Shown here piece after piece: positions 38,656 to 46,137 of a stretch of DNA of 64,000 bases (the first letter of the stretch is position 1; every line of letters begins with the position of its first letter). Position numbers and translations under genes: made by a program. The stretch is from a virus. The DNA lies in IMG/VR virus record IMGVR_UViG_3300027770_000032. One strand, given 5' to 3'. The notes under the pieces are model-generated. The model did not search any database. It saw only the letters and a program-made list of their open reading frames with translations, and had not been told where the DNA came from.

Positions 38656-39084
38656 ATGCAAAGAACATTAGCGATAGCAGAGATCCTTGATTTGGTCAAG
38701 GAAGCAAAAGATGTACCAACAAAGGTTTCTATCTTACGACAATATGACAATGAAACACTTCGGTATATCCTTGAATTGGCATTCCATCCTAACGTAGGAT
38801 GGTGGCTACCAGAAGGAGCTCCTCCTTATAAGCCGAGCGAAGTACTCGACACTGAAGGAAGGCTCTATAAAGAGGCTCGTACGATTCCTCTTTACCTTGC
38901 CGGCAATCGTCCTGACATTAAACAAGTTCAGCGCGAAATGCTTTTCATCGGTCTTCTCGAATCTCTTCATCCAAAAGATGCCGATCTTCTGATTGCCGTC
39001 AAAGATAAAAAAGTCGAAGGACTTGATGCCGCAACAATTAACGAAGCTTTTCCAGGGTTAATTCCAAATGAGCAACACGGTTAA
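38656..39084 (+). CDS. Conserved T4-like hypothetical protein
   Basis: LPEGAPPY, REMLFIGLLESLHP. Confidence 0.75.
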   Translation: MQRTLAIAEILDLVKEAKDVPTKVSILRQYDNETLRYILELAFHPNVGWWLPEGAPPYKPSEVLDTEGRLYKEARTIPLYLAGNRPDIKQVQREMLFIGLLESLHPKDADLLIAVKDKKVEGLDAATINEAFPGLIPNEQHG

Positions 39085-39235
39085 GCGCTTTCGAAAATAT
39101 AATGAAGAATTTGACGATTCAAAAAACACCTCATACGATAATCGCCAGCGTCTTACTGAGAAGAGGCTTCGTGCTGCCCTGCGTTCTAAAACAAAAAGTA
39201 CCCTCTTAGATCTGATAGAAGATGAAGATTATTAA
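39068..39235 (+). CDS. Small hypothetical protein
   Basis: Manually read 55-aa ORF filling the gap. Confidence 0.5.
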   Translation: MSNTVKRFRKYNEEFDDSKNTSYDNRQRLTEKRLRAALRSKTKSTLLDLIEDEDY

Positions 39236-39534
39236 TGCCTATCTATGAATTTAGAGTAAAAGAAACAGGAGAAACTTTTGATGAGTTTCTCACCTATAAT
39301 CAAAAGCTCGAGTTTCTTGAAGAGAATCCTGATCTTGAAGAGGTTATTGGTGCACCGCGTTTCATATCAGGAATCGCAGGCGTGACTCATAAAAATGACT
39401 CAGGCTTTAACGATCTTCTGAATAGAATCGGTAATGCTAACCCGCACTCGCCACTCGGTCAACAGCACGCTGACAAAGGTATTAAAAGTACGAAGATTAG
39501 AGAGGCAGTGAATAAAGCTCGCAATAAAAAATAA
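39235..39534 (+). CDS. FmdB-like regulatory protein (Cys-less)
   Basis: MPIYEF N-terminus, upstream of phoH. Confidence 0.6.
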   Translation: MPIYEFRVKETGETFDEFLTYNQKLEFLEENPDLEEVIGAPRFISGIAGVTHKNDSGFNDLLNRIGNANPHSPLGQQHADKGIKSTKIREAVNKARNKK

Positions 39535-39543
39535 GGACAGCTA

Positions 39544-40293
39544 GTGGAAACACAACATAGACTTACGAAGAGAGAAAAAAGAATCGCCAGACAAAATGGT
39601 GACACTCAAGAAGGACTAACATTTAAGACTCAAAACTTTAATTTAAAAAATATTAATCCACTCACAGAAAATCAGCGTATTGCATTTGATGCTTTTGATG
39701 ATGGAAAACACTTGATGTTACATGGTATGGCTGGTACCGGCAAAACCTTCCTCGCTCTTTCGAAATCTATTGACGCACTGATGTCAAATAAAGGTGTACA
39801 AAATAAGATTTATATTGTAAGATCGGTAGTACCAACACGAGATATGGGTTTTCTTCCTGGCAATCAGAAAGAAAAGATGAAAGTTTATGAGGCACCTTAC
39901 TATGCTATCTGTACTGAACTGTTTGATCGGTCTGATGCGTATGAGATCCTCAAACAAAAGAATGCGATTGAGTTTATCTCGACATCATTTATTCGCGGTA
40001 TTACCATGAATAACTGTTATGTGATTGTAGATGAAGTCAATAATATGACATTCCATGAACTTGATTCTGTGATCACTCGTATTGGTAAAGGTTGTAGAGT
40101 ATTGTTCTGTGGCGACTTTCGTCAGTCAGATCTTACGAAAGAACAAGAACGTAACGGACTGAAGGATTTCATGAAAATCATCAGTAAGTTAAATGACTTT
40201 GTGCATGTTGATTTTCTCGAACAAGATATTGTTCGTTCGAAACTAGTGAAGGAATATATAATTGCTCGACAAAAACTCGGTCTCCAACCGTAA
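39544..40293 (+). CDS. phoH: PhoH-like ATPase
   Basis: GMAGTGKT, GFLPG, RGIT, DEVNN, GDFRQSD. Confidence 0.93.
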   Translation: METQHRLTKREKRIARQNGDTQEGLTFKTQNFNLKNINPLTENQRIAFDAFDDGKHLMLHGMAGTGKTFLALSKSIDALMSNKGVQNKIYIVRSVVPTRDMGFLPGNQKEKMKVYEAPYYAICTELFDRSDAYEILKQKNAIEFISTSFIRGITMNNCYVIVDEVNNMTFHELDSVITRIGKGCRVLFCGDFRQSDLTKEQERNGLKDFMKIISKLNDFVHVDFLEQDIVRSKLVKEYIIARQKLGLQP

Positions 40294-40951
40294 AGAATTC
40301 GAATACGAATTACTAGAATTTGCTGAACTGCAAAGGATAGATGGTCCGACGCGTCTCTATGAGACTCCAGAAGGAAAGAGATATCCGTCTGTCACTGCCG
40401 TTCTCGGTAAGATGACAGATAAGAGCGCGCTTGAAGCTTGGAAGAAAAGAGTCGGTGAGGACGAAGCAGCTCGAGTTTCGGCCCGAGCTTCCACTCGCGG
40501 AACGAACATCCATACGATGTGTGAGAACTATGTATTAGGCAGCGATATCGATACGTCGATGCCTCATAACATGATGATGTTTAATCAGATTAAGAAGGTT
40601 CTGGATGAGAAGGTAGACATGGTTCGTGCTACCGAATGTACTCTTTTCTCTGATCATCTCAAGTTAGCAGGATCTTGCGATCTGATAGCAGACTACGACG
40701 GTCGTCTGTCGATCATCGACTACAAGACGTCTGCGAAGCTGAAGCGAAAAGATTGGATCGAAGATTATTTTCTTCAAACGAGTCTCTACTCTTATATGCT
40801 ATGGGAGATGACAGGTATCTTAGTGAAGGATATCGTCATTATCATTGGAGTCGATGATTCCCTTGAGTCTCAAGTCTTTGTTGAACGACCTCAACGATAC
40901 CTTGAGAAAGCGGTGGATCTGGTTCGATCTTACCATCAAATGTACGGATAA
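40262..40951 (+). CDS. Cas4/RecB-like PD-(D/E)xK exonuclease
   Basis: YPSVT, RGTNIH, GSCD, IDYKTS, Q...Y. Confidence 0.85.
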   Translation: MLDKNSVSNRKEFEYELLEFAELQRIDGPTRLYETPEGKRYPSVTAVLGKMTDKSALEAWKKRVGEDEAARVSARASTRGTNIHTMCENYVLGSDIDTSMPHNMMMFNQIKKVLDEKVDMVRATECTLFSDHLKLAGSCDLIADYDGRLSIIDYKTSAKLKRKDWIEDYFLQTSLYSYMLWEMTGILVKDIVIIIGVDDSLESQVFVERPQRYLEKAVDLVRSYHQMYG

Positions 40952-40952
40952 G

Positions 40953-40980
40953 AAAATGCGGCTTCGGCCGCATTTTTTTT
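40953..40980 (+). terminator. Rho-independent terminator
   Basis: AAAATGCGGC-TTCG-GCCGCATTTT followed by a T run. Confidence 0.9.
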
Positions 40981-40991
40981 GACAATAAACA

Positions 40992-41020
40992 TGTACATTA
41001 TTTCGAAAACAATGTAAGGT
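40992..41020 (+). promoter_or_regulatory. Early-type promoter
   Basis: AATAAACA-TGTACA-N17-TAAGGT. Confidence 0.7.
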
Positions 41021-41050
41021 GGACCTATAATAAAGAAGGAAAAATATATT

Positions 41051-41254
41051 ATGATGAATTTACATAACCACATTGCTGGCCTCGATGATCCATTCGATTA
41101 TGTCTATGAAGGTATCTCAGGAACTCACGGTGTTGAGATTCGCGACTATCTGACTGAGATGTACAGCGAAGTTGCAATTGATCACCACTTGCATCCTGAC
41201 GATGACTTCGAAAAGATCATCGAATATATGCTTGATATTTTGGAGGAAGTATGA
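41051..41254 (+). CDS. Acidic hypothetical protein
   Basis: AAGGA RBS. Confidence 0.65.
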   Translation: MMNLHNHIAGLDDPFDYVYEGISGTHGVEIRDYLTEMYSEVAIDHHLHPDDDFEKIIEYMLDILEEV

Positions 41255-41424
41255 CTGTATCACCTGTCATAGGTTACTTCGGTAGAGACACTGTTCAGCG
41301 AGCAATCGCTGAATACTTTTCCAAGCATGGCATCACAGAAGATGTTCGTGACTATCTGATGGTTCTCGAAGACGAAAAGCCCGATGATTTTTTTCAGCTA
41401 GTATGTGATTTTATCGAAAAATAA
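41251..41424 (+). CDS. Small hypothetical protein
   Basis: Manually read 57 aa; GGAGG RBS. Confidence 0.65.
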   Translation: MTVSPVIGYFGRDTVQRAIAEYFSKHGITEDVRDYLMVLEDEKPDDFFQLVCDFIEK

Positions 41425-41481
41425 ACATGTACATTTTATCAAAACTTTGGTAGTATGAATAATAAGCTAAGGAGATTGTTA
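41417..41481 (+). repeat. Promoter+RBS cassette, copy 2
   Basis: Identical to 6851-6915. Confidence 0.9.
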
Positions 41482-41609
41482 TGGAAAATGTTGAATTTGA
41501 TAAGTCCCTCTGGGAAGGTTACGAAGAATGGCTTGACCGCCAGACACTCAGCGATTGGTTTGATCAACAAGCCGAACGCGAATCTTATGAACGTTCGTTG
41601 GAGATATAA
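41481..41609 (+). CDS. Small acidic early protein
   Basis: Manually read 42 aa (MENVEFDKSLWEGYEEWL...) after the TAAGGAG RBS. Confidence 0.65.
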   Translation: MENVEFDKSLWEGYEEWLDRQTLSDWFDQQAERESYERSLEI

Positions 41610-41610
41610 T

Positions 41611-41757
41611 ATGAACTATATTACACTGTTTATCGGACTGCTCATCCTCATTCTGATTCCTGAATATGCTAGCATATTTCAGGTTGTAATTCAGAGCTTC
41701 ATTGGTCTCGGAATCTTTGCCATCGGTGCAATTAATTTAATCGAAACTGCAAATTAA
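41611..41757 (+). CDS. Small two-TM membrane protein
   Basis: GGAG RBS; MNYITLFIGLLILILIP... Confidence 0.6.
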   Translation: MNYITLFIGLLILILIPEYASIFQVVIQSFIGLGIFAIGAINLIETAN

Positions 41758-41810
41758 ACATGTACATTTTATCAAAACTTTGGTAGTATGAATAATAAGC
41801 TAAGGAGATT
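41755..41810 (+). repeat. Promoter+RBS cassette, copy 3
   Basis: 56 bp identical to copies 1 and 2. Confidence 0.9.
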
Positions 41811-42005
41811 ATGATGAATCAAGTTACTCGAGATATTGCTGAAGGCCTCCAAATTTCTTTGGAACAAGCATTGCAGGTTCAGACTTGTATGGAATGTGAT
41901 GGCTTTGACTTCGTCGGATGTTCAACACGTCAGTTGATCAGCACTGCAAAGCGTATTACACGTGATATTGCATTCTTTGATGAATGCTGCTTAAAAGCAT
42001 CTTAA
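41811..42005 (+). CDS. Hypothetical early protein
   Basis: Follows the cassette RBS. Confidence 0.65.
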   Translation: MMNQVTRDIAEGLQISLEQALQVQTCMECDGFDFVGCSTRQLISTAKRITRDIAFFDECCLKAS

Positions 42006-42008
42006 TTT

Positions 42009-42048
42009 AAAAATAAACATGTACATTTTATCAAAATCTTGGTAGAAT
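42009..42048 (+). promoter_or_regulatory. Early-type promoter (degenerate cassette copy)
   Basis: AAAAATAAACA-TGTACA-N17-TAGAAT. Confidence 0.75.
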
Positions 42049-42081
42049 GGTTATACCAAATCGAAAAAAGGAAAATATATT

Positions 42082-43029
42082 ATGGCTCATATGATTGAAT
42101 TTCTCGACGGCAAGGCTTCGATGGCTTATGCAGGCGAAACACCTTGGCATCACCTCGGCACGAAGGTCTCAAACGACCTCACTCCGAATCAGATGCTGAA
42201 GGCAGCAAACCTCGACTGGAAGGTCAATCCAGTTCCTGCTTTCGCCGAAATCGGTGGTAAGCAAGTCGACATCGGTCACTCCGCTCTGGTTCGTGACGTC
42301 GACAACAAGATCCTCGACGTGATCACAAACGATTGGGTTCCTAACCAGAACGAATCGGCCTTCGAATTCTTCAATGATTTCGTTGCAGCCGGTGAGATGG
42401 AAATGCACACCGCTGGTTCGCTTCGTGATGGTCAACTTGTTTGGGCCTTGGCGAAGGTAAAGGATTCCTTCGAGTTGTTCAAGGGCGATCGCGTCGATTC
42501 CTACCTTCTTTTCACAAATCCACATAAGTATGGTTGGTCGATCGATGTTCGCTTCACTCCAGTTCGCGTCGTTTGCAATAACACTCTCACTCTCTCGCTC
42601 AACAGCCAGTCGAGCAAGATTGTCAAGGTTAGCCATCGTCGCGAGTTTGACGGTGACGTTGTGAAGGAAACACTCGGTGTCGCCAAGGAAAAGCTTGCCA
42701 AGTACAAGGAAATGGCTGCTTATCTTGGTTCGAAGCGTTACACTGACGAGAACATCGTCGAGTATTTCCAACGTGTGTTCCCTGTCACTGGTACGAAGAA
42801 AGATCTCAGCAAAAATGCTGGTATCGCTCTCGAAATCATGGACCAACAGCCTGGCGCCGAGTATGGCGAAGGTAGCTGGTGGCAGGCTTTCAACGCAGTC
42901 ACCTTCATGACCGACCACATGATCGGTCGCAATGCAGATAATCGTATGACTTCTGCTTGGTACGGTTCGAACAAGAATCTCAAGACGAAGGCGTTGGAAA
43001 CTGCGGTGGAGTTTGCAGATGCTGCCTAA
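42082..43029 (+). CDS. DUF932-family protein
   Basis: MAH...PWHHLG, TAGSL, TPVRVVCNNTL, WQAFNAVT. Confidence 0.85.
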   Translation: MAHMIEFLDGKASMAYAGETPWHHLGTKVSNDLTPNQMLKAANLDWKVNPVPAFAEIGGKQVDIGHSALVRDVDNKILDVITNDWVPNQNESAFEFFNDFVAAGEMEMHTAGSLRDGQLVWALAKVKDSFELFKGDRVDSYLLFTNPHKYGWSIDVRFTPVRVVCNNTLTLSLNSQSSKIVKVSHRREFDGDVVKETLGVAKEKLAKYKEMAAYLGSKRYTDENIVEYFQRVFPVTGTKKDLSKNAGIALEIMDQQPGAEYGEGSWWQAFNAVTFMTDHMIGRNADNRMTSAWYGSNKNLKTKALETAVEFADAA

Positions 43030-43033
43030 CGTG

Positions 43034-43067
43034 ATTGGGAGAGCTTCGGTTCTCCCAATTATAAATA
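43034..43067 (+). promoter_or_regulatory. UUCG hairpin directly followed by a late promoter
   Basis: ATTGGGAGAGC-TTCG-GTTCTCCCAAT then TATAAATA (43060-43067). Confidence 0.7.
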
Positions 43068-43072
43068 CGTTT

Positions 43073-43252
43073 ATGGTAGAAAACGGTACTTACTTTGTCG
43101 GAATAGCATTGGAAATCGAGGATGAAGAGATCATCTTTCCGGTCAAATTTCATACGAAGAATTATAAAGAAGCTCTTACACTCACTCGATGCATCACCGC
43201 AGGTGATCCAAAAAAACGAGTCATGTTTGCTGATATTAATGAAAGGTTCTAA
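43073..43252 (+). CDS. Hypothetical protein
   Basis: ATG 5 nt after TATAAATA. Confidence 0.55.
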   Translation: MVENGTYFVGIALEIEDEEIIFPVKFHTKNYKEALTLTRCITAGDPKKRVMFADINERF

Positions 43253-43253
43253 T

Positions 43254-43598
43254 ATGAAAAAGATTCTTACAACTATAGTTACCGCGAGTATGCTCATCTC
43301 TGTTCCAGCATATGCCGAACGTCGTCACGATAGTTCGAGAGACAGAGATCATAGTCAGCAAGAAAGCCGTAAAGGCAAAGGTTGTGGATGGCTCTGCGGA
43401 GCGATACTCGGCGGACTTGTGGTAGGAGTACTTGCTTCAAAAGAACGTATGCCTGAAGAAGATAACTATCAAGTCTATCGCGATACTCGTTATTATCCAC
43501 CAGATTATCGATATGATAGACGCTACTGCGTTCGCGAACAGATTACCGAATGGCGCTATGGTCGCCGATATGTTTATTGGGAAACCACTTGTAATTAA
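43254..43598 (+). CDS. Exported/membrane hypothetical protein
   Basis: Signal peptide (AYA), glycine-zipper-like TM, Arg/Tyr-rich tail. Confidence 0.65.
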   Translation: MKKILTTIVTASMLISVPAYAERRHDSSRDRDHSQQESRKGKGCGWLCGAILGGLVVGVLASKERMPEEDNYQVYRDTRYYPPDYRYDRRYCVREQITEWRYGRRYVYWETTCN

Positions 43599-43607
43599 GG
43601 AAAAAAT

Positions 43608-44045
43608 ATGAAGAATTTTATCGCATTCGCACTGCTCTTGATGGCAACTCCTGTCATCGCACAGAAGACACCTGTCGGTGTAACCTATGACGCAAAGATT
43701 ATCCGCGCGATTGATGGTGATACCATCGTCATTGCCGCTCCATACCTTCCAGCTCCTTTGAAGCCTGAACTTGGCGTTCGTATCTTTGGTGTTGATACAC
43801 CTGAAAAAAGCTTTCGTGCTAAATGTGAGAGCGAAAAAGTACGAGGCGAACAGGCTTCTGTTTTTGTCAAAGATGTGATTGCTGCTACAAAGAAGCATCA
43901 GGTTGTTCTGTATGATTGGGACAAGTTCGGTGGTCGTGTTCTTGGAGATATCCTCCTTGATGGCATGAGCCTTCGCGATCTGTTGATCAAGAACAGTTTT
44001 GCTCGTGCATACTTCGGAGATGCAAAGCAATCTTGGTGCAATTAA
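43608..44045 (+). CDS. Thermonuclease (SNase) with signal peptide
   Basis: IDGDT, VRIFGVDTPE, DKFGGRVLG. Confidence 0.88.
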   Translation: MKNFIAFALLLMATPVIAQKTPVGVTYDAKIIRAIDGDTIVIAAPYLPAPLKPELGVRIFGVDTPEKSFRAKCESEKVRGEQASVFVKDVIAATKKHQVVLYDWDKFGGRVLGDILLDGMSLRDLLIKNSFARAYFGDAKQSWCN

Positions 44046-44048
44046 ACA

Positions 44049-44077
44049 TGTACAATTAAGCCAAAACATTGTATATA
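44049..44077 (+). promoter_or_regulatory. Early-type promoter for tmRNA
   Basis: TGTACA-N17-TATATA. Confidence 0.6.
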
Positions 44078-44086
44078 TAGAATATC

Positions 44087-44342
44087 AGTTGTTGACAATC
44101 AACAATAAAGGCGGAAAGACCGGGGTTCGACTCCCCGCACCTCCACCATCTATATTGTTCAAACAGTATAGTTGATGGGGGTGAACATGGAATTCGATTT
44201 TCGTGTAATAGGGCGGTTCGAGACTGATTGCTTGGCAAAGTGCCACAAAACATAAATGCTAACGATAACGATAGCTTTGCAGATATCCGCCTAGCGGCAT
44301 GATCTACACGGGTATGGCTCCACCTTGGAACAGAACGGGCCA
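44087..44342 (+). ncRNA. ssrA: Two-piece (circularly permuted) tmRNA
   Basis: T-arm CGGGG-TTCGACT-CCCCG, then CACCTCC-A-CCA (ends 44148), an intervening hairpin, then GGGGGTG (44177) with a G3.U70 pair; tag ORF 44258-44302 ANDNDSFADIRLAA*. Outer ends are approximate. Confidence 0.92.
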
Positions 44343-44398
44343 CTTGCTACCAGTTGAATTGCTGGTGCTACGAGTCGCCAGAAAACCGCTGGTGGTAG

Positions 44399-44406
44399 TA
44401 TAAATA
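44399..44406 (+). promoter_or_regulatory. T4 late promoter
   Basis: TATAAATA. Confidence 0.7.
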
Positions 44407-44410
44407 AAAT

Positions 44411-44650
44411 ATGACGGAGGTTAATCCCTCCATTGACTCTTACAAAAACTTCAAGTCTTAGATGGCTAGAAAGCGGCATCATTCGGATGTCACCGACGAA
44501 AACACTAATGATTTTGCATTTCCAGTAAGAGGGAAATGGATGGAAGATACTTCGTTATTCTCTTGTGTATCTTCTTATAGCGACAGAAAACTATATGGCT
44601 GAGATGCCTGCAAAGTAGTCTCTGTTTGCCAAGGTCATTGAGACTAAGAG
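44411..44650 (+). ncRNA. Candidate structured leader/ncRNA upstream of the cell wall hydrolase
   Basis: Long-range stem AGTCTTAGATGGC/GTCATTGAGACT enclosing about 5 hairpins and ending next to the GAGG RBS. Confidence 0.5.
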
Positions 44651-44657
44651 GACAAAC

Positions 44658-45236
44658 ATGAAACTTTTCGAAAACAGAAAAGATTTCCCGTACCTACGCT
44701 GGGCCGAAGGCTTTGTCATAGGTATTATCGCAGTCACAGGTGTGGCTTTGGCTACTCCAACTAAACAACCAGTGGTTCAAATCGTAAAAGTTCCAGTGGT
44801 AAAGATTATTGAAAAAAAAGTTATCGTAAATAAACCAGTCTATCTGAGCAGATACGATAAAAAACAAATCAAATGCATGGCCGAGAATACGTATTTCGAA
44901 GCAGGCCATGAGCCAACTAAAGGCAAAATCGCGGTGAACAATGTAGTATTGAATCGCGTAAAAGATAAAAGATTCCCAAAGACACCATGTGCGGTTATCA
45001 ATCAGAGAACTGCGCGCGTATGCCAATTTTCATGGAAGTGTGAGGGAGGAAAGCGAATAGCTGATATGACAGCATATCGTAAGGCGACAACCGTTGCCGA
45101 AAACGTATATCTGGGTAACTACAGTGACGTTACAAGAGGTGCAAAATTCTATCACGCAGACTATGTAAGCCCATCATGGGGCAGAGTCTTTGATCGTACG
45201 ACTAAAATTGGTGCACACATTTTTTATAGAGGATAA
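44658..45236 (+). CDS. SleB-like cell wall hydrolase with N-terminal TM
   Basis: CMAENTYFEA, VVLNRV, CQFSW, FYHADYV, IGAHIFY. Confidence 0.9.
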   Translation: MKLFENRKDFPYLRWAEGFVIGIIAVTGVALATPTKQPVVQIVKVPVVKIIEKKVIVNKPVYLSRYDKKQIKCMAENTYFEAGHEPTKGKIAVNNVVLNRVKDKRFPKTPCAVINQRTARVCQFSWKCEGGKRIADMTAYRKATTVAENVYLGNYSDVTRGAKFYHADYVSPSWGRVFDRTTKIGAHIFYRG

Positions 45237-45243
45237 TTATATT

Positions 45244-45489
45244 ATGATGGACGACGTCATCTCAACCAAAGCATTGACTTCTGAAAAGTTCATTAAAGAA
45301 ATTGAACGATTGGTTATCAATTATAATTTAGACTATATGGATGCCGTCGTCCACTATTGCGAAAAGAATAACATCGAACTCGAGGCTGCTGCGAGTATTA
45401 TTCGTAGCAACATTCGTATTAAGGCAAAGCTTCAAGACGAAGCAGAAGAACTCAACTTCATGCCAAAGCGGGCAAAGTTACCAGTATGA
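45244..45489 (+). CDS. gp33: Late transcription coactivator
   Basis: YMDAVVHYCE...EAEELNF; synteny with gp59 and gp32. Confidence 0.85.
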   Translation: MMDDVISTKALTSEKFIKEIERLVINYNLDYMDAVVHYCEKNNIELEAAASIIRSNIRIKAKLQDEAEELNFMPKRAKLPV

Positions 45490-46061
45490 CTCCGTTCGAG
45501 AGCTACACCACATTCCTCGCCCTCAAAAATCACTTCACAACAGACAGCTACGACTATATCAAATACAACGGCAAGATCGGAGCCAAGCCTTCGAGCTTTG
45601 ACGTACGTAAAGATAAGTATCAATTCTACAAGCTGTCAAAACACAAAGATCCTCTCAAATATCTGGTCGCCAACTTTATTGATGGCGATCTGAAATGGAT
45701 CGGTGATCTGTTTGATGATAACTCAGAGAAAGTGTACAACGAATGGTTGAAGAGACAACAATCTCTTTCTTATATTTTTGAAGAAGATGTAAAAAAACTA
45801 TGTACAAATTTCAATGATTGTGTTATTGTAAAGAATGGGCAACATCCCTTCTTACTGAAAAAATATCTTCGTCGCGAGATTTCTATCGAGACGGTGATTA
45901 TCCTCAATGATATTTTCGGGTTCTTCGGTCATTGGAACAAGAAAATTGAGGATGGTGTCCTATGGCCCAGCATCCACAAGAAGCTGCTAAAGTATAAACC
46001 GTTCTTTCATTATGATGCATTTCGGTGCAGAAAAATTGTCAAGGACGTCTTTACTTCATGA
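45486..46061 (+). CDS. gp59: Helicase loader
   Basis: LALKNHF..DYIKYNGK, KYKPF. Confidence 0.88.
   Translation: MTPFESYTTFLALKNHFTTDSYDYIKYNGKIGAKPSSFDVRKDKYQFYKLSKHKDPLKYLVANFIDGDLKWIGDLFDDNSEKVYNEWLKRQQSLSYIFEEDVKKLCTNFNDCVIVKNGQHPFLLKKYLRREISIETVIILNDIFGFFGHWNKKIEDGVLWPSIHKKLLKYKPFFHYDAFRCRKIVKDVFTS
45801..45829 (+). promoter_or_regulatory. Early/middle-type promoter for gp32
   Basis: TGTACA-N17-TATTGT inside gp59. Confidence 0.55.
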
Positions 46062-46137
46062 TAAATACAGTTGCAGTTCGCTGCAATCGAAATACATCGA
46101 AACATACCGTAAAAAACCGACATATAGGAGATTAATT

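Noticed and set aside
41455-41610. ORFs starting MNNKLRRLL (also at 6889)
   Set aside because: The ATG lies inside the promoter -10 box of the repeat; true starts follow the TAAGGAG RBS
41417-42048. Repeats as a CRISPR array
   Set aside because: Spacing is about 250-340 bp and filled with ORFs, the repeats are promoter+RBS units, and there is no cas operon; the Cas4-like gene at 40262 is a common phage exonuclease
42169-42918. Long antisense ORFs (also 9376..10200, 14365..15111, 16436..17011)
   Set aside because: Shadows of well-supported plus-strand genes with no motifs of their own
44119-44148. Stand-alone tRNA gene
   Set aside because: No anticodon arm and the 5' acceptor strand lies downstream; it is the tmRNA acceptor piece. 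No other tRNA was recognised
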